A DNA stretch of 63,917 nt, the filler included, from Collodictyon triciliatum (taxonomy: Eukaryota), in the NCBI GenBank assembly GCA_043381765.1. It is 8 parts of 8 records of this genome, joined end to end, with 100 filler letters (N's around TTAATTAATTAA, not from the genome) between each part and the next. Parts side by side here need not be neighbours in the genome. Positions count along the whole stretch, not along the records: positions 56,023 to 63,917 come from JBHJMP010003685.1; 7 more parts are not named here. One strand, written 5' to 3'. A program made the position numbers and the translations under genes. The notes beneath the pieces are model-generated. The model did not search any database, was not told where the DNA came from, and worked only from the letters and a program-made list of their open reading frames with translations. Shown piece by piece: positions 59,417 through 63,917 of the stretch (its first letter is position 1; every line of letters starts with the position of its first letter).

Positions 59417-60012
59417 ACTACAAGCCGCTTGACTCGGAAACACTTTCAGGAGAAGGCCTAATCTTGTCTGGAGGCCAAAAGCACACGCCATATTGTCATA
59501 GCACCCTACAGGAAGTCACCTAAATAAAATACATCGCTTCCCTTGTGGTGTACTTGTGATGAGATGAATCCCACTTTTGTCCTCTGGATATTTTAATTTA
59601 TTTGTTGGATATATCGTTCCATCAGTTATTATCGTTTTTTCTTGTGCTCGGGAGCTAGGGGTATTGACCACGGAGATGAAGGCGGTTATTGAAGAAAGCA
59701 AAAGGGAAATGTACTTGTGCGTTTTCAATACTCCAAATCATTTTCATTCTTCAGCTCGCAAGGTACACAAGATAGCAACGTTTTCTTTGGCTGATGAATT
59801 CGTTTAATAGTTTCTGTTCCTTCTCTCCTACTTCTGTTGTCTCCGTTTTTTTACTAAAATAAAGATGGCCATCTTGGACATGCTTCGACCTGATAAATGC
59901 CATAATCAGCGGCTAGGAAGCAGAAAGAAAAAATAAGAAGTCAATACACCACACTAAACAAAACGTGGCATAATATAGTAATTGCTCTTCTTTTACTAGA
60001 TAAAATCAGAGC

Positions 60013-60112
<100 letters not shown>

Positions 60113-60143
60113 CTAGATTCTGTGGAGCCATATCAAACCTCTG

Positions 60144-63100
60144 TCACAACGAAAAAGCGTCTAAATCATTCGCACCATCACCGTCTCCAATGTCGGCACC
60201 TCCAACCCTTTCTATGGCCAAGTAATGACCCAACCGCGCAGCCCGCTGATAATACGAATGGTATCTCTTCGGTGCCCTCACACTGAGCTTATTGGCCTCG
60301 CCCAGCTTTGCCAAGAGATAAAGGGCATCGGCATTATCCTGTTCGGCCAAATAGCGCAGCCACGGCTCTATTCCCATGCAAATGTCAGCGGGAGCCTCGG
60401 AAAAGGATGTTAGGATGTTGACGCAAAAAGACCGCGCCTCGTGGTGATGATGAGCAGCCGCATCACACAGCATCCTCAACGCAGCCCAGTTATTTGTTTG
60501 GGGTGCGGACGGATTCAAGATTCTCGCCCCAATCTCAAAGAGCGCCTGGGGGCATTTCAATTCGCATGCGCGCAGCATCCACCTCTGACCTTCTTCGGTG
60601 TCGACACTCATCCCTGTCTTCGGCCTTACAAGCAGATTACTCCCGAGGAAATAGCACGCGTCGGGCTCGTTTCCTGCCGCGGCTAGGCGAAGGTAATTGA
60701 TGCCTTTCTCTATGCGTGGCATGTCTGCACCTACCGATGACCATCTCGCCGTGAGACAGCGGCCCAGGTGTGCCATCGCTGTGAGCTGCATCTCCCTTAG
60801 TCTTTTCATTGCAGTCGACAGGCCTGTGTTTTTGAAATTCTTTGGCAGCAATTCTATCTTTTCAACAACCTGCTGCAGATATTGCTCAGCCTTCGCCTCG
60901 AGTCGGACAGCAACAGGCCCTCTATTATGCAGCAATCTCCCCAAGGTGATGGCACTCGGCGTGCTTCGTCCAATTTCAAAGACAGATCTTACATTCTGGT
61001 CCAGTGGATCACCTCTGTCTATTCCGTCGATTTCCGGCTCTCCGTCATTCCAATCATCACCTGACGTTTCTCCTTGAATCATCTCAGGGTCGGCAGGAAG
61101 GATGTTAGAGGCAGCACGGCTCAAGTGCGATACCAGGAGAGGGGAGATTTTCCCAATCACAGATTCAATTACTTTGCGATGAGTCTGGCAGTGAAGTTCG
61201 GGAACGAAAAGAGCGGATTTCCAGTGCCCAGCAAGGATTGGGCGTCGCAAAAGCTCCACAAAGCGTGTGTACCATTCTCGCGGTTTTTGCCGAGTGTATA
61301 CAAACTTCGCATGCTTCCATTCAGCGAGTATATGTCCGCGGTCAGCAGCAGCGATAAGAGCGTTCGTGGTGCTTGATACATGTTGAGGACTTGTACGACG
61401 TTTGCAAATAATCTTTGCCATTTGGAATTGAGACTCCGCATGGCCGGTGGCTTTTGCAGAGAGTCGAAAGTAATCTTCAGCCGATTTTGTAAATGATTGG
61501 GTGGGTTTTGACGGAGATGTTGAAAGCATACCAAGAAGGAATTTTACTTGTCCTTCGATGAAGCGAAGTTTATAACTTTGTGGCACACTCTGACCAGAAG
61601 TATTTTGCTCAGGTGAGGAAAGGACCGTTTGATAACTTCTGTTCATGGTATCCAGCTGATTCTCCACATCTGAGAGAATGCTAGCTGCTTTCTCGTAATC
61701 TATATAGACAAAGTAGAGACAAAAGCAATGAAACAATTGCGATTGGAGATAGTTTGTGGAATTTGACAGGTCTTTGGAGTGGGACATGGCCCATGCAGAA
61801 AGCATATTCACTTCCTCCTGTGTACTAGGAAATTTTGCGTCTGCCCAGCATTGTCGAAAACAAGAAACGTCTGTGAGGCACAGATTTTCCAGGGGGTCGC
61901 ACACGCGGAGTATGGACCTTATGGATGCAGGAAGGGCTACACGCTTTTCCAGAGCTATGGTTCTATCTTCAAGAAACATCATCAGGCCAAACGCGCATAC
62001 AAGGACTGAGTTTGGATGCGCGACGTGAAGCTGACCAAGCATTCGCCATACGTCAAACTTGGAATCCTCTCGAATATTGTCCCAGCAAGTGTCAAGATAT
62101 GCTAGAATGCTGTTTTGGTTTGTACTTGGGGGACTAGCAGTAATACTATCGCGTCTGCTAGGCGGGATTTGTTCTGTGGATGTACTGTTCTTCTTGCTCT
62201 CTTTGGTCACTTTTTGGGGCTCGAAATGGGAAATGAACTGTCGTCCCGATTGTAAAGATGACTCTTGAATTGCTGGGGAATTATCAGTAGGTCCTGTCTC
62301 TGATATGACAGAAGCTCTTTGCCTCTTTGTTTGTTTATGCATCGACCGCGGTTTCCTAGTTGTACTCACCACCGGTGCTGTAGTTATGGATGATTCCTTG
62401 TCACTGGACTGTGTCCCAGTCTCATCTTCAAACTCAGACTCATCGTTGAGGCTTATTTCAGCAATCACTCGTCTTAGTGACACAGAGCCTTTGCCTATGG
62501 TGGAAATGGCCATTGGAGAATTAAATGAGATTTCTGTGTCGCTGCGGTTGGTCTCTGGTGGGTCCTTGCATCCCTCTGAACCATTTCTCCCATTTGTAAG
62601 AGGCGCCATTGTGGTAAACACGGATGCATCAGACAATCCAATCAGCTCTGATTCGTTGAAGCGTGACATGGATGAAGGCGGCAACTCCACGTCTGATTTA
62701 GAGGTGCGATGAAAGGTGCGATGAAAGAGTGATTCAATCAGTTTGTGTCTATGAAAGCCAGCGTGTGAATGAAGCTCAAATGTTACAGAAGATGATTATA
62801 ATATGTTCACAGATGTGATTCATTATCTGGCCATGTAAGTGAGTCAGTATGTATTACCGAAAGACTTTTCTGGCAGATTGGCGTGTTTGGCGGGGGTTTC
62901 GTCGGAGGGATGTCTGTCCTTTGGCTGATCGTTTGAAGGTCGCATTTATATTGTGTAGGAAGGAAAAGCAAGACAGGTAGAACAAAGGAACGTCATGACA
63001 CGCGCAAGAGTGCAAGTCTGCTTCGCAAGGAATGAATCTCACCTCAACGACCAACCCGTTCCGAATGTCCTGCTGCAGAAGCATTAACCTCCGCACAACA

Positions 63101-63276
63101 ATCGTCGGGATGTCCTTTACATCGCGAAAAAACTCCTCCGGAATCATATCAAGAAACTCGGGGACGGTGATTTGGTGCCTTTGGAAGAACTCCAGCGCTT
63201 CGTACTTGATGTTGCGGGAGACGAAGAGATCAATGAGCGCCTGGCAGGATTCGTCAGCCGCTTTTTGTGTGTCCAT
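60144..63276 (-). CDS. SAM-like domain + disordered linker + Sel1/TPR-like repeat protein (exons 63276-63043, 62924-62858, 62692-60144)
   Basis: Phase-consistent GT-AG introns. Sel1-like motifs YFRLSAKATGHAESQFQMA, YLRLAAAGNEPDACYFLG, WMLRACELKCPQALFEIG, WLRYLAEQDNADALYLLA, YYQRAARLGHYLA. Confidence 0.72.
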
Positions 63277-63820
63277 CTCTTGCGCCTGTCGGTCTCTTTG
63301 CCTGCGCGGTGGATGATTTTGGTTGTCTCGGGTTGGGTGCGTAGTTGCAGAAGGGAAACCCACTTTTTTTTTGTTTGCAGAGTTGCGGCTGATTTGGTGG
63401 CCACGCTCTTGAGATAGTCATCGTTTTTATTCAAAGATTCTTTTGTTCCCGGCTTTGCTGATTTGTGATGTTGTGATGATCGAAACTATCTTTTTTTTTA
63501 TTTGCATTCTTTCTCTTTTTCTTTTTTTTTTTATTAATCATTTCTTTCTGTCCTCGTTTTGATGGCGTGTGTCTATGGCTTGTTGTGCCTTCCGATACAG
63601 CCTGTTTAAATTCCCTGGTGTTGGCTGGAAGTATGTTGATAGATGTATTCATCACTGCGTATATAAATAAACATTGAAAATGCTTGATGGCCGCTTGAAA
63701 TGCTTTCATTTGCAATAAAATATTTAAATTCCAGATGTAAAACCCCGCATTTGGACTCTTCATTCCCATTCTCGTCTGTGGAGTTTTCATCCTTTGTTGA
63801 TAAAAATACCACGCAAAAAA

Positions 63821-63917
63821 CAATAAAACAATAAAACAATAAAACAATAAAACAATAAAACAATAAAACAATAAAACAATAAAACAATAAAACAATAAAA
63901 CAATAAAACAATAAAAC
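63821..63917. repeat. (CAATAAAA)n octamer array at contig end
   Basis: Visible directly in the sequence. Confidence 0.92.

Overview
Intron-rich, AT-rich eukaryotic (probably protist) DNA. It is not one locus: it is eight unrelated contigs of 7912, 7908, 7908, 7907, 7896, 7896, 7895 and 7895 bp, sorted by length and joined by artificial N44-TTAATTAATTAA-N44 linkers. Host genes include PTEN-like, a RING/B-box (TRIM-like) protein, a GATA factor, Rab GTPases, LIS1, CCDC43-like, PSF2, BCKDHB, tRNA-Asn, a multi-TM adenylyl cyclase, an LRR protein, a DHHC palmitoyltransferase, a PRTase-like protein, PGK and a SAM-Sel1 protein. The most notable feature is two diverged, degraded copies of a Fanzor1 (eukaryotic TnpB-like RNA-guided nuclease) element at 1-2280 (+) and 19361-~21500 (-). 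Both keep the RuvC D-E-D triad and share a structured ~124-nt non-coding 3' end (candidate omegaRNA scaffold) that stops abruptly at CCCCTTCTAGTATA. An L1/Tx1-like LINE family has inserted into both copies and has also left several ~25-30-bp 3'-tail-only insertions with 13-17-bp target-site duplications (TSDs). Exon boundaries and alignments were read by eye.
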